Origin: an uncultured Pseudomonadales bacterium
GTDB lineage: Bacteria; Patescibacteriota; Microgenomatia; UBA1400; PJMF01
Assembly (NCBI GenBank): GCA_964633875.1
Contig: CAZWKL010000001.1
Coordinates: forward strand, 117,530 to 181,529
Reading direction: 5' to 3'
Length of the DNA: 64,000 nt
This document shows positions 18,722 through 28,471 of the stretch, in pieces. Under the pieces are notes generated by a model. That model was given only the letters and a program-made list of their open reading frames with translations. It searched no databases and was not told the DNA's origin. How positions within the stretch are numbered: the stretch's first letter is position 1; each line of letters begins with the position of its first letter. A program made the translations under genes and the position numbers.

Positions 18722-19864
18722 ATGTTTGAAGCATTAGTAATCATTATTTTAGTGGTAGGCTTGGTTGGTTTGTACTTGGCGATGAAGCAGTTGATGCAAA
18801 ATCAAAAACACGACCAACTGGAAGAAATAGTTGATAAAGTTTTTGGTATGAGCGCCACTAAAGTAGCTGAGCAAAGCAAGCAAATTTTAGCTGGCGAAAA
18901 AGAAACGATCAAAACTGACCTCGACAACAAGCAAAAAGCTTTCGAAAAACTGGTGACTCAGTTTCAGGAAGAAGTTCGTGAGCGGCAACGGGAGATCAGG
19001 GACCTGGAAAAAGATCGAAGCAAAAAGTTCTCAGAACTCAACACCGCCATGGAAGAGCACCGCAAACTTACCGATGAACTTTCAATTTCCACCAGACAGC
19101 TGGCCAAAGTACTGTCCAATAACCAACAGCGCGGCGGTTGGGGAGAGCGAATTATTGAAGACCTCTTGACTTCCAATGGCTTGATTGAAGGTGTTCATTA
19201 TTCGAGGCAGACGACACTAAAGTCTGGTTTGCGCCCAGACATCAGTCTGCTTTTACCAAATAACCGCACAGTACCAGTCGACGTCAAGTTTCCTTACCAA
19301 GAAATTCAGAAAATGTCAGTTGCCGAAGGTAAATCACAGCAAAACAGTCATTTTAACCAATTCCGCCGCGACCTGAAAACCAAAATCAACAAAGTGGCTG
19401 AGTATATTGACTCGGAGTCGAAAACCCTCGACTATGCCATCATGTTTGTGCCAAATGAGATGGTTTTTTCCTATATCAACCAAAAATGTCCTGACCTGAT
19501 AGACGAAGCCATGAGCAAGCGGGTGATGATCGTTTCACCGTTTACCTTTTTGATTGTGGCCAGGACAGTGCTGGAGAGTTATCGCAATTTTATGATTGGC
19601 GACACTCTTAAAGAAATAGTGAGCTATGTCGATGAGTTTGCTGGTGAGTGGGTCAAATTTGTAGAAAAGTTTGAAAAGTATGGCCGTTCTATCGACCGCT
19701 TGCAGAGTGACTATCAGGAAATTAGCAGCACCAGGGTGAGGCAGATGGAGAGGCGGATTGGCAAGATAAATTCATATCGAGAAGGCAGTTTGTTGCCCGG
19801 AAACGTGGTTGAGGGTAAGGTCAAGCAGCTAGATGGTGGTTTGTTTACAGAAGAAGAAGATTAA
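18722..19864 (+). CDS. rmuC: DNA recombination protein RmuC
   Basis: N-terminal TM, coiled coil, RGGWGE, RPD..LP..VPVDVKFP, TLDYAIMFVPNE. Confidence 0.94.
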   Translation: MFEALVIIILVVGLVGLYLAMKQLMQNQKHDQLEEIVDKVFGMSATKVAEQSKQILAGEKETIKTDLDNKQKAFEKLVTQFQEEVRERQREIRDLEKDRSKKFSELNTAMEEHRKLTDELSISTRQLAKVLSNNQQRGGWGERIIEDLLTSNGLIEGVHYSRQTTLKSGLRPDISLLLPNNRTVPVDVKFPYQEIQKMSVAEGKSQQNSHFNQFRRDLKTKINKVAEYIDSESKTLDYAIMFVPNEMVFSYINQKCPDLIDEAMSKRVMIVSPFTFLIVARTVLESYRNFMIGDTLKEIVSYVDEFAGEWVKFVEKFEKYGRSIDRLQSDYQEISSTRVRQMERRIGKINSYREGSLLPGNVVEGKVKQLDGGLFTEEED

Positions 19865-19868
19865 CGAT

Positions 19869-21041
19869 TTAAAGCTCCTGCTCAAAGAAAACTAAGTCTC
19901 TTTGTACAGCCGTACTCCAATTTGGTACCAAGTTATGGTCAGCTCCCGGGTATTTGAAGTATTGATAAACAATTGGTTCTAAAAGGTTGCTGGTTTCGCT
20001 GGCGGCAATTTCGTTTTGAATCTCAGCGACCTTGGCTTCGTTGGTGGCCACCACTTCATTTTCCAACTCCTCCCGCAGTTCGTTCAGCCGCTCTTGCAAC
20101 CTTGCTCGCCTGGAATTTTCTTTATCAACTTTGGCAAAAAACTCATCGCTCCAAACCGACAGCGCGGCTGTATCGGCAGTGCCATGATGTAACTGAAGCG
20201 GTCCAGTCAGGAGCGGCAGATGCTGGGTGAGAGAGAAATCAAAGACGTCATACTTGGCTTCAAGGTTGGCCACGTATTTTCTAAAATCTTTGCCCTCGTC
20301 GGCGTCTTCGTCGCTGAAAAATAACACCGAGTAGGGAAATGGTGCTACCACCGGCGCCCAAAGAGTGGCGGGGTAAGATTGGTTGGTAATTTCCAACGCT
20401 GTAAGAGCAATCTGGCCGCCATTGCTGTGGGCCCAAATACCGATGTGACTGGGGGTATATTTAGTGGTGGCTTCAGGCGTTAGCGGCACGCCCAACTCCT
20501 CAAGACTGCGAATTAATTCAATGACCACCATCGGTTTTTCAAATCGAGCCAGCCAAGAGTCAGCCGGCTCCGGCTCACTATCGCCATAGCCAAAGAAATC
20601 CGGCGCCAGAGTAATATAGCCGTTTTCCGCGAAGGCCGCCGCCGCATTTTTAGTGCCCATGCCGGTGTAGTAGGAAGCCAACGGCGCCCAGCCCCTAACC
20701 ATCACAATAGCTTGTGGATTGACGGGTAGTTCTTTGGGAATGTTTAACTGCCCCGACATCTTTCTGCCTAGTGGACTGTAAGAAAATTGATACGCGGTGT
20801 AGGTGGGATAGTCTTGAATAACGTCTTCTATAGTAATGTCACGAGCGGTAAAATCATATGAGCGCAAATTTTGAATAGTGTAGGGCAGGTAAGGAAGAGT
20901 TTCCTCCGGCTGAATTAACTCAGCTAAGGGGTTCTTCAGGTTGACTGGAGAATTGTCGCCGCGCAAGAAAGGCCCTGCAAAAACGCCAGCAGCAAAGATA
21001 AAAAGAATGGCTAGAAGGCCGAAAACAGTTCTTTTAATCAT
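19869..21041 (-). CDS. Membrane-anchored/secreted alpha/beta hydrolase
   Basis: APDFFGYGDS, nucleophile WAHSNGG, LHHGTAD, YPGADHN. Confidence 0.85.
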   Translation of the reverse strand: MIKRTVFGLLAILFIFAAGVFAGPFLRGDNSPVNLKNPLAELIQPEETLPYLPYTIQNLRSYDFTARDITIEDVIQDYPTYTAYQFSYSPLGRKMSGQLNIPKELPVNPQAIVMVRGWAPLASYYTGMGTKNAAAAFAENGYITLAPDFFGYGDSEPEPADSWLARFEKPMVVIELIRSLEELGVPLTPEATTKYTPSHIGIWAHSNGGQIALTALEITNQSYPATLWAPVVAPFPYSVLFFSDEDADEGKDFRKYVANLEAKYDVFDFSLTQHLPLLTGPLQLHHGTADTAALSVWSDEFFAKVDKENSRRARLQERLNELREELENEVVATNEAKVAEIQNEIAASETSNLLEPIVYQYFKYPGADHNLVPNWSTAVQRDLVFFEQEL

Positions 21042-21100
21042 GAGCTCCAATCTTAAGGCCAAGCGCTTGTAAAATCAACCGCAAACACTAACTCCGGCAA

Positions 21101-21352
21101 CTATTTTTCAATCTGGTAGCCGGTTTTTTCTATGGTTTTTCGAATGGTGGCCTCATCAATCACCTTTGGATCATAAATAACTTTGGTGCTGGCCTTGGCG
21201 TAACTGGTAGTCGCCTCCACTACCCCCTCTAAGTCTTCCAGTTCGCCGTCAATATTGAGACCGCAACTAACGCAGTGCATACCGCTAATTTTCAACTCAA
21301 TCAGTTGAGTTTCCGCCTCAGCTTTAGCTTTTCTCTGCAAAATATTAAACAT
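21101..21352 (-). CDS. copZ: Heavy-metal-associated (CopZ-like) chaperone
   Basis: GMHCVSC HMA motif; GGAG SD. Confidence 0.88.
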   Translation of the reverse strand: MFNILQRKAKAEAETQLIELKISGMHCVSCGLNIDGELEDLEGVVEATTSYAKASTKVIYDPKVIDEATIRKTIEKTGYQIEK

Positions 21353-21360
21353 TTCTCTCC

Positions 21361-22434
21361 TTAAATTACTTCCAAAGTACCTGAATACATACCCATCGAG
21401 CAGGTATAAGTGTACTGGCCCTTTTGAGTGGGCGTAAAATTAAACACTTGCCTGTCTGTGGAATCCAAAAAGGTTCTAATACCAAACTCGCGCAGCACAA
21501 AGGAAAGGGCGCAGGAATATGCCTCATTGCTTTCCAGAGTAAGTTCTACGGGAGTTCCGGCCGCCACCTGGATGTAGTTGGGGCTGTAGCCGTTGTTGAG
21601 GACATTAATTTTGACCTTTTGAATACCGTTGATGGCCAGGGTTGAAGCGTTTGGTTTGGTTTTTTCGTTTGAGAAGAAGGAAGTCACTGGCCTCGCTATT
21701 TTTTGCAGAGTCACCGGTGAGCCGGCAACCAGCAAAATGCCGTTAAGACTGTAAATGGCCATAGCAATCAAAGCATAAGCGGCGACTTTTGAGAAAATTT
21801 TGTTCCATGTTTCTGAAAGTTTAGCTGTCAAGACTCCGATCAAAGTAAAAAGAGGACTGGTGCCAAGAACAAAAGCAAACATGATCAAAGCTCCATGCAC
21901 AGGGTTGCCGCTGTTAATGGCCAGCACTTCCATGGCCTGAGTGACACCGCAAGGAATAAAAATAGTCATGAATCCCAAAACCGCCGGTGCGAACAAAGCC
22001 TTGCTCTTGCTGGTATTGCGAATGTAGCGCTGCAAAAACTTGGGCGGTTTGAAAGCCAGAACCCGAAAAACCGGGTGAACATCGAGCAAGTTCATGGCTG
22101 TTGCAAACATGAAGAGAGCGGCAAAAACCTGAAAAGCGGCGCTGACTTCCAGGCTCAGCGAAACAACTGAGCCCAACGCGCCCAGCAAAAAGCCCAGCAG
22201 AGTATGAGACACCAGTTTGGCGCCCATAAACATTAGTACCGGCAGCCAGTCTAGCTCATCAAACGATTTCCAACTCAATTTTTTCTTGGATTTTTGCGAT
22301 TTTTCAGTTTTAGCGTCGTCAATTTCCGCTTCTTTTTGATTGGCGATGGCGCTGGTGAGCAAGCCTCCCTGCACGGCCAAGCATGACAGCCCGCCTGTAG
22401 TCAGTCCGGTAAGAAAGATAACAAATAAGTCCAT
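21361..22434 (-). CDS. DsbD_2/TauE-like membrane protein with C-terminal cupredoxin domain
   Basis: GGLSCLAVQGG, FIPCG.TQ in TM region; C-terminal GYSP..C..YTCSMGMY cupredoxin. Confidence 0.87.
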   Translation of the reverse strand: MDLFVIFLTGLTTGGLSCLAVQGGLLTSAIANQKEAEIDDAKTEKSQKSKKKLSWKSFDELDWLPVLMFMGAKLVSHTLLGFLLGALGSVVSLSLEVSAAFQVFAALFMFATAMNLLDVHPVFRVLAFKPPKFLQRYIRNTSKSKALFAPAVLGFMTIFIPCGVTQAMEVLAINSGNPVHGALIMFAFVLGTSPLFTLIGVLTAKLSETWNKIFSKVAAYALIAMAIYSLNGILLVAGSPVTLQKIARPVTSFFSNEKTKPNASTLAINGIQKVKINVLNNGYSPNYIQVAAGTPVELTLESNEAYSCALSFVLREFGIRTFLDSTDRQVFNFTPTQKGQYTYTCSMGMYSGTLEVI

Positions 22435-22448
22435 AGGTAGCCTCCAAT

Positions 22449-24671
22449 TTATATTTTAACTGTTTTTAATCTTAAAGCATTCATCACTACTGACACGCTC
22501 GAGAAAGCCATAGCCGCGCCGGCCAGGATGGGGTTCAAAACAAGGCCAAAAAACGGGAAAAGCCCGCCCATGGCCACGGGAATCAGGGTGAGGTTATAGG
22601 CAAAGGCCCAAAACAGGTTTTGTTTGATGTTGCGCATGGTGGCTTTAGAAAGTTTGAGGGCGGCGGGGACCAGGCTAATATCACTCCTCAGTAGAGTAAT
22701 GCCGGCGGACTCTATGGCCACGTCTGTGCCGCCGCCCATAGCGATACCAACATCGGCTGTGGCCAAAGCTGGCGCGTCGTTGATGCCATCCCCAACCATC
22801 GCCACCACGCCATATTTTTCTCTAAGTTCTCTAACGATTCTTTCTTTGTCAGCAGGCATGACTTCGGCTTCGACCTTATCTATACCCACTGTCTTGGCAA
22901 TCGCTGTGGCGGTTTCGTAGTTGTCGCCGGTGACCATGACCGGAGTAATGCCCAGTTGCTTGAGAGCAGTGATTGTTTTTTTAGCCTGAGGTTTGACGGT
23001 ATCAGCAATACTCATCACTCCAGCCAATTGAGAGTTGGCGGCAATCAAAGCCAGCGAGTGCCCGAGCTCTTTCCAGGCTTGAATAGCAACCTTGACTTCA
23101 TCGGGAATTTTAATTTTATTTTCTTGCATTAACCGTTCATTACCAATTAACAGCGCCAGCTTGCCAACCTGAGCGCTCACGCCTTTGCCGGGAATATCCC
23201 GAAAAGCTTTCACCTTAATTTTTTGAGCCGAAATTTTTTCATTTTTCAAAAAAGTGACGACGGATTCAGCCAACGGATGATGCGACTGTTCTTCTACCGC
23301 CAAAACTGCAGCCTGCAGCGCACTGGTAGCTTCTTGAGCAAACCAAGTGTTTTGCACCGCTGGTTTGCCTTCAGTGATGGTGCCGGTTTTGTCAAAAACT
23401 ACCACTTTTACCTTGTTAGCCACCTCCAACGCCTGGGCGTCTTTGATCAAGATACCTCTTTGCGCGCCTTCACCAATACCCACCATTAAAGATGTTGGCG
23501 TGGCCAGACCCAAAGCGCAAGGGCAGGCAATAATTAGCACGTTAATCATACTTACCAGCCCAAACAAATAACTAGGTTCCGGGCCAAAAATCAGCCAAAT
23601 TATGAAAGTCACCGCCGCCAAGAAAATCACCACCGGCACAAAGTGAGCGGCAATGGTATCAACCAGTTTTTGGATCGGCGGGCGGCTGCCTTGCGCTGTT
23701 TTCACCAGCCGAATAATATTGGCCAGCATGGTGTCGCTGCCGATTTTTTCAGCCTTAATTTCCAGACTACCAGAGGTATTGAGAGTGGCGCCGATAACTT
23801 TGCTGCCCTTGATTTTCGTAACAGGCAGACTTTCGCCAGTAACCATGCTTTCATTGACGGCGCTTTGACTGGCAATCACCGCGCCGTCCACCGGAATTTT
23901 CTCCCCCGGTTTGACCAGCAGAATATCACCGACCTTAACTTGCTCAATAGAAACCTGCTGCCACTGGCCGTTAACTTTCAGGTGAGCCTGGGTAGGCTGG
24001 AGGTTTAAAAGTTTCTTGATAGCTGCCGAAGTCTGGCCTTTGGCTCGGATTTCCAGAAATTTTCCCAGCAGGATGAAAAAAATGATTGCTCCCGCCGCCT
24101 CAAAATAAATATGCGGCTCTATGCCTTGGGTTTCCAGCCAGTTGCCAAAAAGAACTACAAACAGCGAATAAAAGTAGGCGGCTGAAGTACCCAGTGCCAC
24201 CAGGGTATCCATGTTGGCGGTCCGGTTTTGCAGCGCAGACCAAGCGCTCTGGTAAAACCGCCGGCCTGCCCAGAACTGAACTGGTGTGGCCAGCGCCAGT
24301 TGCAGCCAGGGATTCATCAGCACCATCGGCGCCAACGGCAACATCCCCGACACCAAAAGCGCGGCCAGAATACCGGTAACGACCAGTTTAATTTTCAAGC
24401 TGGCAATTTCTTTGCTTCTTTCAGCTTCAGCCACATCTTCGGCGCCTTCAGTATGAAGATGAGCCTGGTATCCCAGAGAGCTCACCGCCTCCTCAATTTT
24501 TTCGGTTGCAGTATTTTGGTTTGCCAGCTCGACCGTAGCTTGCTCATTGGCATAGTTAACGCTGGCGGCTTTCACCCCCTCAGTTTTTTGCAGCTTTCTT
24601 TGAATATTGACCGCGCAGCTGGCACAGTGCATACCTGAAATATGGAAGGTGAGAGTTTTATTTGTTGACAT
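22449..24671 (-). CDS. copA: Copper-exporting P1B-type ATPase
   Basis: GMHCASC, TGES, CPC in TM6, [17 protein letters not shown] and MAFSS; start MSTNK at 24671. Confidence 0.96.
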   Translation of the reverse strand: MSTNKTLTFHISGMHCASCAVNIQRKLQKTEGVKAASVNYANEQATVELANQNTATEKIEEAVSSLGYQAHLHTEGAEDVAEAERSKEIASLKIKLVVTGILAALLVSGMLPLAPMVLMNPWLQLALATPVQFWAGRRFYQSAWSALQNRTANMDTLVALGTSAAYFYSLFVVLFGNWLETQGIEPHIYFEAAGAIIFFILLGKFLEIRAKGQTSAAIKKLLNLQPTQAHLKVNGQWQQVSIEQVKVGDILLVKPGEKIPVDGAVIASQSAVNESMVTGESLPVTKIKGSKVIGATLNTSGSLEIKAEKIGSDTMLANIIRLVKTAQGSRPPIQKLVDTIAAHFVPVVIFLAAVTFIIWLIFGPEPSYLFGLVSMINVLIIACPCALGLATPTSLMVGIGEGAQRGILIKDAQALEVANKVKVVVFDKTGTITEGKPAVQNTWFAQEATSALQAAVLAVEEQSHHPLAESVVTFLKNEKISAQKIKVKAFRDIPGKGVSAQVGKLALLIGNERLMQENKIKIPDEVKVAIQAWKELGHSLALIAANSQLAGVMSIADTVKPQAKKTITALKQLGITPVMVTGDNYETATAIAKTVGIDKVEAEVMPADKERIVRELREKYGVVAMVGDGINDAPALATADVGIAMGGGTDVAIESAGITLLRSDISLVPAALKLSKATMRNIKQNLFWAFAYNLTLIPVAMGGLFPFFGLVLNPILAGAAMAFSSVSVVMNALRLKTVKI

Positions 24672-25143
24672 ATTGATTGGGGTTTTTCTCAAATTGTTTG
24701 ATACAGCCGCTGGCACAAAAGTAATAATGTTCTCCCTGGTGAAGAGTGTGGTAACCGGCGGTTTTGGGCGAGACCCGCATTTGACAGACCGGATCATGAA
24801 CTAACGGCACCAGCTCGTTCATGGAAAATTTCAGTTGTTTAAGAAAATTGCTGTCCTGGTTGGCTTCGATCAGAATTTCCCGCACCAGGTCACAAGCTTT
24901 AATAAAATTGGGATGGGCCAGGGAGTAATAAACCTGCTTGCCGTTTTTCTCGGTTTGAACGATTTTAGCTTCTCTCAGGATCATCAGGTGTTGGCTGACA
25001 TTAGCCTGGGGTAGATCCAGCATCGAGTAAATTTCCGAAACAGTCAATTTTTGCTCGCGCAGCAGGTGAATGATCTCCAGTCGCCTGGGATGAGACATGG
25101 CTTTCAGCATTTCAGCGTGGAGGGCAAATATTTTTGAGTACAT
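24658..25143 (-). CDS. ArsR/SmtB-family repressor fused to a YHS/TRASH domain
   Basis: [25 protein letters not shown]; C-terminal [15 protein letters not shown]. Confidence 0.9.
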   Translation of the reverse strand: MYSKIFALHAEMLKAMSHPRRLEIIHLLREQKLTVSEIYSMLDLPQANVSQHLMILREAKIVQTEKNGKQVYYSLAHPNFIKACDLVREILIEANQDSNFLKQLKFSMNELVPLVHDPVCQMRVSPKTAGYHTLHQGEHYYFCASGCIKQFEKNPNQYVNK

Positions 25144-25161
25144 ATTCGATTATTCGAATAT
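25142..25161. promoter_or_regulatory. Putative ArsR operator
   Basis: Perfect inverted repeat ATATTCGA-ttat-TCGAATAT overlapping the ArsR start codon. Confidence 0.7.
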
Positions 25162-25215
25162 ATATGATGGGATTGGATCGGGCAAGGACCAAAGGATCAA
25201 TGAGGGATAGGCAGA

Positions 25216-25785
25216 TTAAAACCTGTGTTTTGGAGTGGGGATGTTGAGTTGACGAGAGTTTATTTGCCTGGATTGCGCCGCTACTGCTGAATCATAGTGA
25301 TTACTCGAACGAGGAAGAGCGCCTCCACCCCTTCCTGCCGGCAGTTGATCCGGCAGACCTGAGCCTGTGCAAACAGTTTCTCCTGGCACGATTTTGTTTA
25401 ACTGACGATTATATTTGGGTGCACCAGTACGACTTGGGTCTTGTGTGCCTAAGACGTTGTAAACAGTCACCAAGGCGCTAAGAGCTTCTGAATCAGAATA
25501 ACCCATTTCTCTTAGGATTTTTAAAACTGTGTCGCCGGGATTAACTTCGTGACAAAATCCGCCCATGAGCTCTGGCGGTATGGGAGTATTTAGAAGGTCA
25601 TTCAGATCACTTGGATCACTTGGATCACTGGGCGGGTTGGGAGGAGGTGTGAAATCAAGAGTGTTGATCCTGGTAGAGTTTCTGTTAGCATTCAAATAAA
25701 GTATAGCCAGTGCCACAATGATAAGAAGTGTGGTGCATCCCACAAACCTTATTTCATCACTTCCGGGTCTTTCAAATCTTGGCAT
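25216..25785 (-). CDS. Membrane-anchored protein with Pro-rich linker and divergent LysM-like domain
   Basis: TM, PPPNPPSDPSDPSD linker, CHEVNPGDTVLKI...LNKIVPGETVC. Confidence 0.65.
   Translation of the reverse strand: MPRFERPGSDEIRFVGCTTLLIIVALAILYLNANRNSTRINTLDFTPPPNPPSDPSDPSDLNDLLNTPIPPELMGGFCHEVNPGDTVLKILREMGYSDSEALSALVTVYNVLGTQDPSRTGAPKYNRQLNKIVPGETVCTGSGLPDQLPAGRGGGALPRSSNHYDSAVAAQSRQINSRQLNIPTPKHRF
25605..25631. repeat. 9-bp tandem repeat x3 (PSD codons)
   Basis: GATCACTTG GATCACTTG GATCACTGG. Confidence 0.85.
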
Positions 25786-25806
25786 AAGTACGGTATTTTA
25801 ACACAT

Positions 25807-25956
25807 TTACTTGTTTTGTCGGTATTTGCGTTTTTGTTCTTTATAAAACCGGTCGTTATGTTGGCCTTGAAACATTTCCACAGGATACTTCTTTTCGTTT
25901 TTAAGCATCTTGTCGTGAATGGCAGCTTCAAGGATGAGGGTTTTAAGGGTCGGCAT
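25807..25956 (-). pseudogene. Remnant of a MazG-like nucleotide pyrophosphohydrolase (49-aa ORF)
   Basis: MPTLKTLILEAAIHDKMLKNEKKYPVEMFQG... resembles the C-terminal 'L..ai..Km.kNe.KYP' of MazG-like proteins; catalytic ExxE core absent. Confidence 0.55.
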
Positions 25957-25989
25957 TTGGTTTCTTTCTGTGAGGCGTGGTAGCGATTC

Positions 25990-26556
25990 CTACTTCCAAC
26001 TGGCAAATTTGTTTTGATATTTTCGCTTTACTAAATCCCAACAGGCCACAGTCACTGACGCGTTAATTTGATTTTTCTCAATCAGAGCTTCGATTTCAGC
26101 AAAATTATAAACCATAACTTCGATATCTTCGTTTTCGTCTAAGTGTTGTTGAGAATTAAAAATGGCGTTTTCAACCAGATAGCAATAAACTTTCTCTGTT
26201 GCCTTGGTTGTGAGGCCCGAAAATACTCCCAAATATTCAAGAGAGTTAGTCTGGATGCCGGTTTCTTCTGCCAATTCATGCAAAGCCGTTTCTTCAATAT
26301 TTTTGTGATTATTTTCTAGTCTTCCGGCTGGAAATTCCAAAATCACGTCATCGTATCCAGGCTTATATTGCTTCACTAGAACAATTTTTTCATCCGGTGT
26401 GACAGGGACCATCATAGCCACGTCGGCCAAGGTTGTAATAGTAAAGTCATCAACTATTTTTCCGTTAGGGAGCTTGTAGCTGCGCAGTTCAATGGGAAAC
26501 CATTTGCTAGGCGAGACATCTTTTTTTGACAGCAATTGCCACTTTTTTATTTTCAT
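25990..26556 (-). CDS. NUDIX hydrolase (ADP-ribose pyrophosphatase-like)
   Basis: VKQYK, LEFPAGRLE..ETALHELAEETG, HLDENEDIEV. Confidence 0.92.
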   Translation of the reverse strand: MKIKKWQLLSKKDVSPSKWFPIELRSYKLPNGKIVDDFTITTLADVAMMVPVTPDEKIVLVKQYKPGYDDVILEFPAGRLENNHKNIEETALHELAEETGIQTNSLEYLGVFSGLTTKATEKVYCYLVENAIFNSQQHLDENEDIEVMVYNFAEIEALIEKNQINASVTVACWDLVKRKYQNKFASWK

Positions 26557-26651
26557 AAGTAGAAGTATAGATGTCGAAGGAGCTAGGGGCAAGTTATTCA
26601 CACAGGTGAGGCTCTGCTGGTTTCAGCCTCCTTTGAAACATTTTCGAACAC

Positions 26652-27116
26652 CTAGGCCATCTCTGCATCGCTTTTATCTTGCTGCCAGCCATATTCTGAA
26701 TAAGGAATTTCCTTGATAACGGCAGTGATAGCTTTGCGGATAGCACCAATTGTATTGGAGGGCAGTTTGTTTGCTTCAAACCATTTGAGCTCGCTACATT
26801 TATTTGGTTCTTTGTTGGTGATTTTGCCGCCCCATTTTTTAGCTAGAAAGTAAACGTCTACCCGCTCTGATTTGTCCAGGTCGGACTTGCGATGCATCAC
26901 GTGGACGACTTTCAGATAGTCCGGCTTCAGAGAAATACCGGCTTCTTCTTTGGCTTCCCGAATAATGGCATCGGTAAAAGTTTCGCCCGCCTCAACATGA
27001 CCGGCAATTAAGCCGTAATCACCATCGTGGTAACCGGTGTTCAATCTTTTCAGCAGCAGCACTTTTTTGCCTCTCATTAGTATCAAAAATGAGGCCACAA
27101 TGTTTTTGTGTTTCAT
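26652..27116 (-). CDS. NUDIX hydrolase (MutT/NUDT15-like)
   Basis: RLNTGYHDG, AGHVEAGE..AIIREAKEEAG, NKEPNKC..W. Confidence 0.93.
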   Translation of the reverse strand: MKHKNIVASFLILMRGKKVLLLKRLNTGYHDGDYGLIAGHVEAGETFTDAIIREAKEEAGISLKPDYLKVVHVMHRKSDLDKSERVDVYFLAKKWGGKITNKEPNKCSELKWFEANKLPSNTIGAIRKAITAVIKEIPYSEYGWQQDKSDAEMA

Positions 27117-27118
27117 AA

Positions 27119-27820
27119 TTACAGCATTTTGGTTGCGATACCTTTTGTTTTATCAACGCCCTCAACTTCATCAATAAAAAAGTCTATGCCGTCACATCTG
27201 ATTTTCACATAGCCGGAATTTTTGAAAGTGCCCGGCGTTAGTTCGCCATGAGCAGCGAAACCCAGACGAGTAAGCAGGGTTCTTAAGTTGCCACCATGAG
27301 TGACCACCAAAACAGTTTTATTGGCGTAACCAACGGAAATTTCTCTCAGTGCCGTAATAAAACGGACAACTAATTCCTCATCACTCTCGTAACCCTCATT
27401 GAACTTAAACCGCCATCGTTCTTTTTCAGTTAGCTGCTCGTATTGATCCAACAGATGTCGGATGGCCTTTCCGTAGTCTTTACCAAAAGCGCCGTCATAT
27501 TTGCCAAAAGTACGTTCTCTGAGAGCTTGGTGAGTAGTTACGACAAGCCGGCGGTTGAGCTTGAGTATTTCCGCGGTTTGGGTGGCTCTTGATAAATCGG
27601 AAGAAAAAATAGCATCAAATTCAATATCCTTGAGTTTTTCCGCTTGTTTTTGACTTTCTAGGATACCTTTTGCTGTTAGTTTTGAATCAAGTTGACCCTG
27701 GATACGATGAAGCGCGTTCCACTCTGTTTCGCCATGTCGAACTAGGTAAAGTGAGCAGTAGAAATTGTTTTTGTTTTTAGTCACGGTTTGGTGCTGTGAG
27801 CCATACGGGTCTGTAACCAA
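27119..27820 (-). CDS. Histidine phosphatase (phosphoglycerate mutase-like family)
   Basis: LVRHGETEWN, SSDLSRA, LRE, VVTHGG. Confidence 0.93.
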   Translation of the reverse strand: MVTDPYGSQHQTVTKNKNNFYCSLYLVRHGETEWNALHRIQGQLDSKLTAKGILESQKQAEKLKDIEFDAIFSSDLSRATQTAEILKLNRRLVVTTHQALRERTFGKYDGAFGKDYGKAIRHLLDQYEQLTEKERWRFKFNEGYESDEELVVRFITALREISVGYANKTVLVVTHGGNLRTLLTRLGFAAHGELTPGTFKNSGYVKIRCDGIDFFIDEVEGVDKTKGIATKML

Positions 27821-27835
27821 GATATTCTTGATTAA

Positions 27836-28279
27836 CTAACGGCTTTTTAACAGGATAACAATAAAGAATATACTACTTAAAACATATATTAGGGCCATCA
27901 CTCCATAATTCAATTGAATTTCAAAAATTATCGAAGCAATCACACCGAGATTAAATAGTAGCGCCACACTGGAACTAACTTGCGACTCTGATCCTCGGCC
28001 GGGAATTTGCTCAGTACCAATAAGCTTAGTAACTCCGTAGTTATAGATGTAATCAAAGGGATGCATGGGCAGTATGACACCAAAAAGTGCAATCAGTGCA
28101 GTTATAGATAATATATATGGATTTGCCAGAAATATACCGAGGGCTACCACCGATATGTATAACGGGTAACTGAAACGAATGCCGTATTGAGCACTTTTTC
28201 TTCCTGATGTTACTTTACAAGCAAACCACCCTGTCATCAATTGATTTCTTACTGTTTTTAATGTTTTCTTGATCGTCAT
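27836..28279 (-). CDS. Membrane protein, DUF4395-like
   Basis: Several TMs, HPFDYIYN motif; start moved to ATG 28279 to avoid the tRNA. Confidence 0.65.
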   Translation of the reverse strand: MTIKKTLKTVRNQLMTGWFACKVTSGRKSAQYGIRFSYPLYISVVALGIFLANPYILSITALIALFGVILPMHPFDYIYNYGVTKLIGTEQIPGRGSESQVSSSVALLFNLGVIASIIFEIQLNYGVMALIYVLSSIFFIVILLKSR

Positions 28280-28294
28280 AATTCTTGATTTTTG

Positions 28295-28367
28295 TGACCC
28301 CACCCGGATTCGAACCGGGGCTACCAGGATGAGAACCTGGCGTCCTAGGCCTCTAGACGATGGGGCC
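28295..28367 (-). tRNA. tRNA-Glu(CTC)
   Basis: Acceptor GGCCCCA/TGGGGTC, anticodon arm CCAGG-TTCTCAT-CCTGG, T-loop TTCGAAT; CCA not encoded. Confidence 0.96.
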
Positions 28368-28471
28368 GATCATTAAAAGCATTTTTAAGTTATTAGATTG
28401 TTTTAAGAAGCTAAATTATATCAAGAAGCGGACCTGTTGAGCAAGTATCAGCCCATGTTATACTGAATAAG

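Noticed and set aside
24672-24797. N-terminal extension of copA
   Set aside because: Overlaps the YHS domain of the ArsR gene in another frame; MSTNK start at 24671 fits the HMA domain
25150-28367. Integrative island at tRNA-Glu
   Set aside because: Accessory-looking genes follow the tRNA, but no integrase or duplicated tRNA 3' end (att site) was found by eye
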